A model generated the notes under the pieces. That model saw nothing but the letters and a program-made list of their open reading frames with translations. It had not been told where the DNA came from and ran no database searches. The position numbers and the translations under genes are program-made. DNA of 64,000 nt from an uncultured Chloroflexia bacterium (GTDB lineage Bacteria > Chloroflexota > Anaerolineae > CG2-30-64-16): positions 1,152,001-1,216,000 of the forward strand of contig CAWEMM010000006.1 of NCBI GenBank assembly GCA_963810095.1, written 5' to 3'. Of this stretch, positions 54,469 through 64,000 are shown one piece after another; position 1 is the first letter of the stretch; each line of letters opens with the position of its first letter.

Positions 54469-54821
54469 GTGCAAGCACAGCTAAATTGCAGGCTGGCCGT
54501 GCGAGCCACGTCATGCTCTTTGGAGCGAGCCACCTGCCTCTTGACTGTTAGGCCCCTCACCGTGCCGTGCGCGGCCATAATCGCTTCTCACACAACGGCC
54601 GCTGAATACACGCAGGGTTCCTGCCGCCCCTGCCTCATCCCCCATGCGGTGCGTAGCCGGGCGAACGCGTCCCCACAGCGTTCCCTTTGGGGTTCCAAGG
54701 GGCGTAGCCCCTGGTCGGGGGCGGCGGGGGCAAGAGCGCCCCCGCCAAACAGCCTGTGGTTACTCTCAGATTCTGACAACACGGTAATGGGCACCCCGCG
54801 CATCCACCGCCGTGTTGCCAT

Positions 54822-56603
54822 TTACTGAGTCACGTAATCCGAGTAACCCCCCACAATCTCGCGGGCGGTTCCCCCTTCGAGCACCACCACCCGGTCCACA
54901 ATGCGGTCGAGAAAGTAGCGGTCGTGGGAGATGACCAGGACCGTGCCGTTGAACTCCTCCAGCGCGGCCTCCAACACCTCCGACGACGGGATGTCGAGGT
55001 TGTTCGTCGGCTCGTCGAGCATCAGGAAGTTGACGTCCGAAAGCATCAGCTTCGCGAGCTGCAGCCGGCTGCGCTCGCCGCCGCTCAGGTGGTGAACCTG
55101 CTTCTGCGCGGCGTAGTAGTCGAACAGGAAGCGCTGCAGGATCGCGACGGCGTCGGTCTCGTACATCGGCTTTGCGTCGCGAATTTCCTGCACCAGCGTC
55201 CAGTCGGGGTGCAGGGTCTCGTGCTGCTGCGCGTAGTACCCGATCTTCACGCTCGGTCCCAGCTTGATCACGCCACCGTCCGGCTGCTCGAAGAGCGACC
55301 GCCCCCCTGCTCCCGATTCGGCAGAGGCTGACGCGCCCGGCGCATTGCCGTTTGCGACCGCTGCCGGCAAGTTACCCGCGGTCAGGGCCTCGCCCAGGAT
55401 GCAGCGGAACAGCACGGATTTGCCGGCCCCGTTCGGCCCGACCAGGCCGACGCGCTCGCCATGCCATGCCTGGAAGCTGACCCCCTCCAGGACGACGCGC
55501 AGGTCGCCCGTCGCGGGGTCCTCGAACCACTTGTCCACCCGCTGCACGTCGAGCACCTTGTTGCTGCCGCGCCAGCCGCCCAGCTCCAGCCGCATCCGGC
55601 TGCCCTCCTGCGGCCGCTCGATCTTGTCCATCCGCTCGAGCATCTTGTGCCGGCTGCGCGCCTGCCGGGCATGCCGCTCGTCCTGCGTGAACGCCGCGGC
55701 CTCCTCGAAACGCTTGATCGCCGCTTCGATCTGCGTCACGCGTTTCTGCTGGGCCCGGTAAAGCTGCTCCTGGCGCAGCATCGCCAGCTGCTTGTTCACC
55801 GCATAATTCGAGTAGGTGCCGGGCCAGACCTTGATCTGCCCGCGTTCCAGTTCGGCGATGGTGGTGACCGTTTCGTCCAGCAAGTAACGATCGTGCGACA
55901 CGATCACGACCGCCCCGCCGTAGCCGCAAACCAGCTTTTCGACGCGCTCCTTGCCCTCCAGATCCAGGTGATTATCCGGCTCGTCGAGCAGGAGCAGGTC
56001 GGGCGACCACACGATGAGCCGCGCCAGGCCTACCAACTTGGCTTGCCCGCCGCTCAGTACGTCGACAGGCTGCTCGAACGTCTCGTCGCCCAGTCCAAGC
56101 TCGCGCAGGGTCGACCGCACCCGATTCTCGTACGTCAGGCCGCCGGCCGCTTCGTAGGCGTGCAACAGCCGGGCGTGCTCTTCCATCACCCGCGCAAGCC
56201 GCCGCTCGTTTCCGAAGACGCTCGGGTCGCCCATCTGCCCTTCCGCAATCGCCAGCGTGTGGCGCAGCAGCGCAATTTCCGGCGAGCCCGACAGCGCCGC
56301 TTCCAGCACGGTGAGCGCGAGCGTGCCGTTGCCTGTGGCCTGCGCCGCCTGCCCCGCCAAGGCCTCGACCGTGACTTCCTGGGGCAGATAACCCACGGTC
56401 AGGCCCTTTTGCTTGGAGATCGTGCCCGAGTCGGGCTGGAGCAGGCCGAGGATCAGCTTGAGCAGCGTCGACTTGCCGCCGCCATTCGGCCCGACGAGGC
56501 CGGTCTTTTGCCCGGCCTGGATTTCCCAGTTCAGCCCGACCAGGACGGGGGTGTCGAAGTAAGTATGGTGCACGTCGTTCAGGTTGACGATAATCGGTGC
56601 CAT
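54822..56603 (-). CDS. ABC-F family ribosome-associated ATPase
   Basis: Two ABC domains (GPNGGGKS/LSGGQ/LDEPDNHLD and GPNGAGKS/LSGGE/LDEPTNNLD), SHDRY twice, helical linker, no TM; ATG at 56603. Confidence 0.95.
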   Translation of the reverse strand: MAPIIVNLNDVHHTYFDTPVLVGLNWEIQAGQKTGLVGPNGGGKSTLLKLILGLLQPDSGTISKQKGLTVGYLPQEVTVEALAGQAAQATGNGTLALTVLEAALSGSPEIALLRHTLAIAEGQMGDPSVFGNERRLARVMEEHARLLHAYEAAGGLTYENRVRSTLRELGLGDETFEQPVDVLSGGQAKLVGLARLIVWSPDLLLLDEPDNHLDLEGKERVEKLVCGYGGAVVIVSHDRYLLDETVTTIAELERGQIKVWPGTYSNYAVNKQLAMLRQEQLYRAQQKRVTQIEAAIKRFEEAAAFTQDERHARQARSRHKMLERMDKIERPQEGSRMRLELGGWRGSNKVLDVQRVDKWFEDPATGDLRVVLEGVSFQAWHGERVGLVGPNGAGKSVLFRCILGEALTAGNLPAAVANGNAPGASASAESGAGGRSLFEQPDGGVIKLGPSVKIGYYAQQHETLHPDWTLVQEIRDAKPMYETDAVAILQRFLFDYYAAQKQVHHLSGGERSRLQLAKLMLSDVNFLMLDEPTNNLDIPSSEVLEAALEEFNGTVLVISHDRYFLDRIVDRVVVLEGGTAREIVGGYSDYVTQ

Positions 56604-56653
56604 TGCGTTTGCCTCGCCTCGCCGGTTGCCCTGGCGCCCGGCGCCAAGCCGGG

Positions 56654-56688
56654 AAATAAAAAGACCGTGAGCATCAGCGCCCACGGTC
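56654..56688 (-). terminator. Attenuator terminator in the ABC-F leader
   Basis: GACCGTGGGC-GCTGAT-GCTCACGGTC then TTTTTATTT, 50 nt upstream of the ATG. Confidence 0.8.
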
Positions 56689-56727
56689 AGAAGTTGACGT
56701 AATCTCAAGTCTCTTGGGCGCGCTGAA

Positions 56728-56799
56728 CTAGGGCTGCACCCCCCAAGACGAGATGCGAGGCAGGTAAAGAATCGAGCGACCCGTACTCACGAAAAGCAT
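56728..56799 (-). CDS. Putative leaderless leader peptide MLFVSTGRSILYLPRISSWGVQP
   Basis: ATG starts 7 nt after the -10 box, at the predicted TSS; ORF overlaps the competing hairpins. Confidence 0.6.
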   Translation of the reverse strand: MLFVSTGRSILYLPRISSWGVQP

Positions 56800-56805
56800 G
56801 TTTGG

Positions 56806-56834
56806 AGTATACTGGGGGCCGAACCTCTTGTCAA
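56806..56834 (-). promoter_or_regulatory. Sigma70 promoter of the ABC-F leader
   Basis: TTGACA-17-TATACT. Confidence 0.8.
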
Positions 56835-56854
56835 GCCGAAAGACGATCAGTTCC

Positions 56855-57503
56855 ATGCCAACTGTTGACTATTCCTTTCTCATCAACCGGCTTCGCGACG
56901 CGCTGGCGCGTCCGCTCCCGGGGCTGTCCGCACAATTGGGCATGTCTCCGCAGCCCCGACCGGGCGCGGAGCGCATCTTCGACCCACTGCTGGACTGCCG
57001 CCGCGCGGCCGTCCTGGTGCTGTTTTACCCGTGTGACGGCGACATGTGCCTCGTGCTCACCCGCCGTACCGAGCGACTGGAAAGCCACAGCGGCCAGATT
57101 TCCTTCCCCGGCGGCAGCATGGACCCGGGCGAAGACGCCGATCGCGGCGGCCAAGCGCGAGGCGCAGGAAGAGTTGGGGGTGCAGCCCAGCCGCGGTCGA
57201 GGTGCTTGGGCAATTGTCGCCCTTGTTCATCCCCCCCAGCGGCTTCTGCGTTTATCCCGTCGTCGCCTGGGCGCCGGTCGCCCCCACTTTCACTCCGAGC
57301 GAAGAAGAAGTGGCAGAGGTGCTCCAGGTGCCCGTGCGCCACCTGCTGCTGCCCGCCACCCGGTGTGAGGAGATGTGGGACCTGCGCGGGCGCGCGTGCG
57401 CGTGCCCTACTATGCGGTCGGAACGCACAAGGTGTGGGGTGCGACCGCCATGGTGCTCTGCGAATTGCTTGGGCTGCTCAGCGATTTGGGCGACGCTTAC
57501 TAA
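56855..57503 (+). CDS. NUDIX hydrolase (CoA pyrophosphatase-like); frameshifted
   Basis: AAVLVL, HSGQISFPGG, AAKREAQEELG, KVWGATAMVL. Confidence 0.88.
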
Positions 57504-57530
57504 GGTGAATCTGTTGGACCATGACGCTCG

Positions 57531-57642
57531 GCATCCTTCGACTGCGGGCGCTCCTGCGGACCGCCCTCCGCTCAGGGTGCCTGCGCTTAAAGCATCCTGA
57601 GCGGAGGCGCCAGCGCAGCTGGCGTGCCGCAGTCGAAGGATG
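57531..57642. repeat. CATCCTGAGCG/GTCGAAGGA REP-like inverted pair
   Basis: GCATCCTTCGACTGCG...CTCCGCTCAGGGTGC / GCATCCTGAGCGGAG...CGCAGTCGAAGGATG. Confidence 0.7.
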
Positions 57643-57670
57643 TGACCCGACAGAATCAGTGTGTTTCCAC

Positions 57671-57764
57671 CTAAACGAATCGCATCGTGGAACTGCGACC
57701 TCGAGACCTCGCGGTTTCGGAGACCCCGAAGGTCTGCCGCAAGTTCATGCGGCGTTTGGTTTAG
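57671..57764. repeat. Family F element with CTAAAC...GTTTAG ends (MITE-like)
   Basis: Imperfect terminal inverted repeats around an internal AGACC...GGTCT hairpin; homologous to 36024..36086. Confidence 0.7.
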
Positions 57765-58889
57765 TCACCTGAACGCCACACAAACCGGCGCGGGCACCTG
57801 AGCGGATTGTCCGGTCCACTCGGGCACGCCGCTCGCCGGGTCAACACGAAACGTCGTCAGCGTGTCGCTCTTCTGATTTGCCACAACCAGCCACTGGCCG
57901 CTGGGGTCAAGCGCAAAGTGACGTGGGAACGAGCCGCCGGTGGGGCACTGGGCGACAAGTGTGACCGTCCCCGACTCGTCGTCCACTCGGAAGACCGTGA
58001 TCGCGTCGTACCCCCGATTCCCCGCGTAAATGAAGCGCCCGTCGGCCGACACGGCGACCTCGGAGGCCGTGTTTTCGCCCTCCCACCCGGCCGGCAGCAG
58101 GGCCAGCGCGTTTGGCTCGCGCAGCAATCCCTCATTCGCGTCGTACACGTAGACGAGCAGGGTGGAATTGAGCTCGCCGGTGACGTAAAGCCAGCGGCCC
58201 GACGGGTGAAACGCGAGGTGGCGCGGGCCGGTGCCCGGGAACACGTCGTACACGTTGACCGGCTCCGCGCTGATCCGGCCGTTCGAGGGATCGAGCGCAT
58301 ACTGGTAGATGCGGTCCGCGCCGAGGTCAGCCGCGAAGGCGAAGCGGTTGTTGTGGTCGGGGATGATGCAGTGGGCGTGCGGCGCGTCCTGGCGGTCGGC
58401 CACGGGTCCCGGGCCCTCATGCGGCATTGAGTGTGCGACTACCTGCGAAGGCGCGTCCAGCAAGCCGCCCGCGGATATGGGCAGGCTAGCCACGCTGCCC
58501 CCCACGTAGTTCGCCACCAACGCCACCCGGGCCGTCGCGTCAGTCGTGACGTAGGCCGGTCCTGCGCCCCCGCTCGACTCTTGGCTAAGGGCGCTCAAGT
58601 CCCCCGTCGCCGGGTCGATGGCCAGCGCCGCCACCACCCCGCCGGGCTCGCCGTCGTGCTCGCCCACCTCCGAGAGCGTGTAGACCCGGTCGCCCCGCAC
58701 GACGAGGAAGGTCGGGTTCGTCATCCGTGCGGCCACACCCTCCACCCGCACCGCGCCGCTGGCGGGCAGCAAAACCGCCCGGTAAATGCCCTCACCGGTC
58801 AGGCCCTGGGGCGAAGGCTGATTCGTGTAGGTCCCGACGTACAGCGTCAGAACCTGCTCTGGCAGGGCTTGTTCCTGGTCCCGCTCCAT
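57765..58889 (-). CDS. pgl: 6-phosphogluconolactonase (lactonase beta-propeller family)
   Basis: YVGTYT, ANY.GGS, PHAH, DLGAD, GPRH, PRHF. Confidence 0.88.
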   Translation of the reverse strand: MERDQEQALPEQVLTLYVGTYTNQPSPQGLTGEGIYRAVLLPASGAVRVEGVAARMTNPTFLVVRGDRVYTLSEVGEHDGEPGGVVAALAIDPATGDLSALSQESSGGAGPAYVTTDATARVALVANYVGGSVASLPISAGGLLDAPSQVVAHSMPHEGPGPVADRQDAPHAHCIIPDHNNRFAFAADLGADRIYQYALDPSNGRISAEPVNVYDVFPGTGPRHLAFHPSGRWLYVTGELNSTLLVYVYDANEGLLREPNALALLPAGWEGENTASEVAVSADGRFIYAGNRGYDAITVFRVDDESGTVTLVAQCPTGGSFPRHFALDPSGQWLVVANQKSDTLTTFRVDPASGVPEWTGQSAQVPAPVCVAFR

Positions 58890-59050
58890 GCGTCACGCGT
58901 CCTTTCACTCCTACGAATCCCATTCTGATGTTAGCATGGGCGGCGGCGCCGGCGTCGTCATCTGTCTTCCCAAGAAAGCTCGTGGGCCATGATATAATCC
59001 GGCTCACCACGTTCCATCTGGCATATGAACACGATTTCGGAGATTCTGCG

Positions 59051-60219
59051 ATGCAATATCGACAGTTCGGCCGGCTCGACTGGCGCGCCTCCGCGCTCGG
59101 TTTTGGCGCGATGCGCCTGCCGGTCACCGACGGTGACACGAAACAGATTGACGAGGGGGCCACGGTTGCCCTGATCCGCCGGGCCATCGACGAGGGCGTC
59201 AACTACATCGACACGGCCTACCCATACCATGGGGGCGCCAGCGAGCCACTGGTTGGCCGTGCGCTCCAGCACGGGTACCGCGGCCGCGTCAAGCTGGCGA
59301 CCAAGATGCCGTGCTGGCTGGTGAAAGAGCCGGGCGATTTCGACCGGTATCTGGACGAGCAGCGCAGCCGGCTGGACACCCCGGTCGTCGACTTCTACCT
59401 CCTGCACGCGCTCGATGCCGGACGCTGGCACACGATCCGCGACCTCGGCGTGTTGGACTGGGCCGAGAAGGCGCGGGCCGACGGCCGCATCGGGCACCTC
59501 GGTTTCTCGTTCCACGACACCTACGACGCCTTCCAGGAGATCGTCGACGCGTATGACGGCTGGGACTTCTGCCAGATTCAGTACAACTACCTGGACGAGG
59601 AGTACCAGGCAGGGACGCGCGGACTGGCGTACGCGGCGGGCAAGGGGCTCGCGGTGATCGTCATGGAGCCGCTGCGCGGTGGGCTGCTGGCGGGGCGCGC
59701 CGGCCAGCGGGTCGGTCAGGGGCTGCCGCCCAGCATCCAGGCGCTCTGGGACTCAGGGCCCGTGTGCCGGAGCCCGGCCGAGTGGGCTTTCCAGTGGCTG
59801 TGGGATAAGGGCGAAGTCTCGCATGGTATTGAGCGGCATGAGCACGCCGGAGCAGGTGGCGGAGAATGTCGCCGAGCGCGAGCCGGTCGCGGGTGGGCGG
59901 GCTGACCGCCGAAGAGCTGGCCCTCGTGGCTCGCGTGCGCGACGAGTACAAGCGGCTGATGCCGATCCCGTGCACCGAGTGCAAATACTGCCAGCCATGC
60001 CCGAATGGCGTGAACATTCCGACGATCTTCGGCTTCTATAACGAGGCGATCATGTTCAACGCGATCGGGTACGGACAGTATGCGTATCAGAACTGGATGC
60101 CGGAAGATCAGCGTGCGGATAAGTGCCTCGAGTGCGGCGAGTGCGAGGCGCAGTGCCCGCAGCATATCCAGATCATCGAGTGGCTGCAGAAGGCCGGCAG
60201 TAGTCTCTCAGGAAGCTAA
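59051..60219 (+). CDS. Aldo/keto reductase with C-terminal 4Fe-4S dicluster; frameshifted near 59815-59880
   Basis: LGFGAMRLP, IDTAYPYH, LATK, GFSFHD, MEPLRGG, CTECKYCQPCP, CLECGECEAQCPQ. Confidence 0.92.
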
Positions 60220-60271
60220 ACTAACCCGAAAATGGACACTGCACCCCGCGCTGCCGGACAACGCGGGATGA

Positions 60272-60366
60272 AATGGGACACTGATTGGACGGATTCGACT
60301 GATTATCAAGATCTCTGCCCAACGGACAGTGCAGATCAGTTCAATCAGTTGCATCAGCGTCCCATT
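60272..60366. repeat. Family C element, copy 3
   Basis: AATGGGACACTGATTGGACGGATTCGACTGAT...ATCAGTTCAATCAGTTGCATCAGCGTCCCATT. Confidence 0.8.
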
Positions 60367-60379
60367 TTAGATCAGACAC

Positions 60380-62068
60380 TCACCCCACGCTGCCGGCGCG
60401 CATGTGCTTGTACGCATTGATCAGCCCATTCGTCGACGAGTCGTGCGAATGGACCGGCGCGTCATTCGTCAGTTCGGGCACGATGGCCTTCGCCAGTTGC
60501 TTTCCCAGCTCCACGCCCCACTGGTCGAACGAGTTGATATCCCACACCGCGCCCTGCGTGAAAATCTTGTGTTCGTATAGGGCGATCAGCGAACCGAGGA
60601 TCTCCGGCGTGAGCTTCGGATAAAGAAACGAGTTGGTCGGACGGTTGCCGGGGAAGGTTTTCGCCGCCACAAGCGTCTCGAGCGCTGCACCCGTCAGCCC
60701 CGCCTTCGTGACCTCTGCCCGAGCCTCTTCGGCCGTGCGCCCCTTCATCAGCGCCTCGGTCTGGGCGAAGTAGTTCGATAGCAGCAAGGTGTGGTGAGCC
60801 TCGGCGCCCGTTCCCAGCGGATTCTGGCTTTCGGCCGCGGCCAGGAAATCGCACGGGATCAGCTTGGTGCCCTGATGAATCAACTGGTAGAACGCATGCT
60901 GCCCGTTCGTTCCGGGCTGCCCCCAGATGATCGGGCCCGTCTGATAATCCACCCGCTTCCCGTCCCGCGTGACGCCCTTGCCGTTGGACTCCATGTCGCC
61001 CTGCTGGAAATAGGAAGCGAAGTGCATGAGGTACTGGTCGTAGGGCAAGATGGCGTGCGATTGGGCATCCCAAAAATCGTTATACCAGATGCCCAGGAGC
61101 CCCATCACCACCGGCACACTCTGCTCGAAAGGCTGCGTCCGAAACGCCTCGTCGACCCGGTGCGCGCCCGTCAGCAGCGCCTCGAAGTTGTCCATTCCCA
61201 GGAACAGGGCGATCGACAGCCCCACGGCCGACCACAGCGAATAGCGCCCGCCGACCCAGTCCCAGAACTCGAACATGTTGCCCCGGCCGAGCGGGCCCGG
61301 GGTGGTGTCGATGCCGAACGCTGCCACGGCATCGGCGTTCGTCGACATCGCGACGAAGTGCTTCGCGACGGCCCCCGGGTCCTGCGCCGCGTCCAGGAAC
61401 CATTTGCGCGCCGAGTGCGCGTTGGCCATGGTTTCCTGGGTCGTAAACGTCTTGGAGGCCACGAGGAAAAGCACGGTTTCGGGCTTGACCAGCTTGAGGG
61501 TCTCGACAAGATCCGTGCCGTCGACGTTGGACACGAAGTGAACGTGCAAGCCGGGCTGCCCGTAGGGTTTCAGCGCCTCGCACACCATCTTTGGCCCCAG
61601 GTCAGAACCCCCGATGCCGATGTTCACGATATCGGTAATGCGCTGGCCCGTATAGCCCTTCCACTCGCCCGACCGGACGGCTTCGCTAAACGCCCGCATC
61701 TGGGCCAGCACTGTGTTGACGTCCGGCATCACATTCCGGCCGTCCACCAGGATCGGCCGGTTCGAGCGGTTGCGCAGCGCGACGTGCAGGACGGCCCGGT
61801 TCTCGGTGTTGTTATATTTCTGCCCGCCGAACATCGCCTCGATCTTCTGCGCCAGGCCCGCCTGTCGCGCAAGGTCGAACAGCAGGCGCATCGTCTCCTG
61901 CGTCACCCGGTTCTTCGAGTAGTCAAACAGGATCTCGCCCGCCATCAGCGAAAAGCGATCGAACCGCTGCGGGTCCTGAGCGAACAACTCCCGCATGTGA
62001 ACGCCCGATATCGCGCGTTGGTGCTCTTCCAACGCCTTCCAGGCTGGCAAATCAACCGGTCCAGGCAT
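60380..62068 (-). CDS. pgi: Glucose-6-phosphate isomerase
   Basis: [45 protein letters not shown]. Confidence 0.98.
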   Translation of the reverse strand: MPGPVDLPAWKALEEHQRAISGVHMRELFAQDPQRFDRFSLMAGEILFDYSKNRVTQETMRLLFDLARQAGLAQKIEAMFGGQKYNNTENRAVLHVALRNRSNRPILVDGRNVMPDVNTVLAQMRAFSEAVRSGEWKGYTGQRITDIVNIGIGGSDLGPKMVCEALKPYGQPGLHVHFVSNVDGTDLVETLKLVKPETVLFLVASKTFTTQETMANAHSARKWFLDAAQDPGAVAKHFVAMSTNADAVAAFGIDTTPGPLGRGNMFEFWDWVGGRYSLWSAVGLSIALFLGMDNFEALLTGAHRVDEAFRTQPFEQSVPVVMGLLGIWYNDFWDAQSHAILPYDQYLMHFASYFQQGDMESNGKGVTRDGKRVDYQTGPIIWGQPGTNGQHAFYQLIHQGTKLIPCDFLAAAESQNPLGTGAEAHHTLLLSNYFAQTEALMKGRTAEEARAEVTKAGLTGAALETLVAAKTFPGNRPTNSFLYPKLTPEILGSLIALYEHKIFTQGAVWDINSFDQWGVELGKQLAKAIVPELTNDAPVHSHDSSTNGLINAYKHMRAGSVG

Positions 62069-62216
62069 ACATTCCCTCCCCTTGCCGCGAGCCGAAGTGC
62101 TCTGGGCGGCATGCGAAGAATACAGACCATTAAGCAGCGAAAAAACCAAGTTACACCAGGAACAGGTGGGGGCCTGTAATGCGCCTTATGAAAGAGCACT
62201 AACCCCCCAGTCTCGT

Positions 62217-62270
62217 AAAAACTCAAAAATACTCAAGTATTGACAAGGAAGCGCAACAGCGCGATAGTAT
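62217..62270 (+). promoter_or_regulatory. Promoter and candidate operator for the DeoR regulator
   Basis: TTGACA at 62240; tandem ACTCAA repeats 10 bp apart immediately upstream. Confidence 0.5.
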
Positions 62271-62317
62271 CGCCATTGGCGCACCCTGTCACAATCCTCG
62301 GGGTAAGGAGTCCACGG

Positions 62318-64000
62318 TTGGAAACCTACCTGCGGCGCCAGGCGATCCTCGCAATCCTCCGGCAAACCGGCTGGGTCGACGTCGAAGACCTCGTCGTCAA
62401 ACTCTCCGCGAGCCCCAACACGATCCGCAACGACCTGAATGTGCTCGATACGGCAGGTTACCTGCGCCGGGTGCGCGGCGGGGCAGCCCAAGTCGAACCC
62501 CCGGCAGCAGTTAACCGCACGCCCGCGACCCTGCCGGGCCGGCAAGGTCCGCACGCCGCGGTCGAGCAGCGCCTGGCCCGCTGGGCCGCGGCGTTGGTCG
62601 ACGACGGCGACGCCATCGCCCTCGACAACAGCGATGCTTCCTACTACCTCGCCGCCGAGCTGCGCGAGCGCCGCCGCCTGACCGTGGTCGCCAGCGCGCT
62701 CGACACCGCGCTGCTCCTGGCCCAGAACCCTACGAACAAGGTTATTCTCGCCGCCACCACGGCCGGCCCAGACGGCCACTCGGTCGTCGGCCGCATCAAC
62801 CCCGACCTGCTCGACGGCTTCTATGTGGCACACTGCTTTGTGGGCTGCGCGGGGTTTTCCCTCGAACAGGGCCTGATGGAGAACGACGTGGACGTGGCGC
62901 TCGTCACGAAGCACCTGGTCGGCCTCTCCCGTGAGCTTGTCGCCATGCTCGATCACAGCAAGCTCGACCGCGCCGGCGCCAACCGCTTCGCCGGCGCAGC
63001 CATGATTGGGCGCCTCGTCGTGGACGACGCCATTCCCCGTGACGAAATCGCTGCGCTCACCCAAGCCGGCCTGTTTCCGGTCACCACCGTCGGCGAAGCC
63101 GGCGCAACCACGCATCCGCCCATGGCGGCCGCGCATCCGAAGCGGCGTTACCGCATCGGCTTCGCCAACCTTTCCCCACGCATCGACTTCGCCTGCGAAG
63201 TGCACGAAAGCCTGGCGCGGGCCGCCGCTCGCGTCCCCGAGGTTGAGCTGCTGGTCCTGGAAAACGAGCTCAGCCCCGAGAAGGCGCTGGAGAACGCCCA
63301 GTTGCTCGTCGATTCCGGTGTCCAGCTGGCGATCGAGTACCAGGTTGATTCGCGCGCCTCGAACGTGATTATGGATCGCTTCAATCGCGCCGGCATCCCT
63401 GCCATCGCCGTCGATATCCCCATGCCGGGCGCCACCTACTTCGGAAGCGATAACTACCGGGCGGGGTTCATGGCCGGCGAAGCGTTGGGCGCGTGGATTG
63501 CGCAGCACTGGGACGGCGAGCTCGACCTCCTGCTGGCCCTGCAGTCGGGCATGGTGGGCACGGTGAACGAGGCTCGCATGCAAGGACAGCGTGAAGGACT
63601 GGAATCGGTCGCCGGTCCCATCCCTGCCGGCCGCGTTCAGACGCTGGACGCGCCCGTTATCCTCGACGAAGTCATCCCATTCGTGGCCGCGCTGCTGCCC
63701 ACCTTGGGCCGCCGCACACGCATCGCGGCCGTCGGCCTCAACGACGACCAGTCCGTGGGCGCGCTGCTCGCCTTCGAGGCCGCGGGCCGGCTCGACCAGG
63801 TCATTGCAGTGGGCCAGGGCGCCGATCGCCTCGCCCGGGCGGCGTTGAGCCGGCCCGGTTTTCCCCTGATCGGTTCCACCATGTTTGCGCCCGAGAGCTA
63901 CGGCGAGCGCCTGCTCGAGCTGGCGCTCCGGATTCTCGACGGTCACCCCGTCCCTCCGGCCGTTTACTCGCGCCACGTTTTCATCACCCGCGACAACCTT
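62318..64000 (+). CDS. DeoR-family regulator fused to a sugar-binding periplasmic-binding-protein-like domain; runs off window end
   Basis: TTG start after AAGGAG; my translation gives TIRNDLNVL...RRVRGGA (DeoR HTH), a DeoRC-like domain, then RIGFANL...AVDIPMPGATYFGSDNYRAG (RbsB-like). Confidence 0.88.
   Translation, partial: METYLRRQAILAILRQTGWVDVEDLVVKLSASPNTIRNDLNVLDTAGYLRRVRGGAAQVEPPAAVNRTPATLPGRQGPHAAVEQRLARWAAALVDDGDAIALDNSDASYYLAAELRERRRLTVVASALDTALLLAQNPTNKVILAATTAGPDGHSVVGRINPDLLDGFYVAHCFVGCAGFSLEQGLMENDVDVALVTKHLVGLSRELVAMLDHSKLDRAGANRFAGAAMIGRLVVDDAIPRDEIAALTQAGLFPVTTVGEAGATTHPPMAAAHPKRRYRIGFANLSPRIDFACEVHESLARAAARVPEVELLVLENELSPEKALENAQLLVDSGVQLAIEYQVDSRASNVIMDRFNRAGIPAIAVDIPMPGATYFGSDNYRAGFMAGEALGAWIAQHWDGELDLLLALQSGMVGTVNEARMQGQREGLESVAGPIPAGRVQTLDAPVILDEVIPFVAALLPTLGRRTRIAAVGLNDDQSVGALLAFEAAGRLDQVIAVGQGADRLARAALSRPGFPLIGSTMFAPESYGERLLELALRILDGHPVPPAVYSRHVFITRDNL

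Overview
GC-rich bacterial chromosomal segment. Gene content and repeat types suggest Chloroflexota (Anaerolineae-like); this is an inference. Many genes, including the normally essential metG, carry single-base frameshifts, which points to uncorrected long-read indels rather than real decay. Housekeeping genes: htpG, tRNA-Lys(TTT), upp, dCMP deaminase, metG, moaA, an A-type Fe-S carrier, rtcB, gatC/gatA/gatB, add, pgl and pgi. Stand-out items: (1) a ~9 kb co-oriented array of six radical SAM genes (five with a B12-binding domain, one SPASM/twitch), with no precursor, glycosyltransferase or PKS nearby, directly behind a SufR-like/moaA/iscA/rtcB block; (2) an ABC-F gene whose leader has the complete layout of a ribosome-controlled attenuator: consensus promoter, leaderless 23-aa uORF, competing hairpins and terminator; (3) a small secreted protein with curlin-like 11/13-residue repeats; (4) a ~2300-aa TPR protein with an apparently dead NB-ARC domain; (5) several families of intergenic palindromic repeats, two with 8-9-nt internal periodicity. 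No CRISPR array, rRNA, transposase or integrase was seen.
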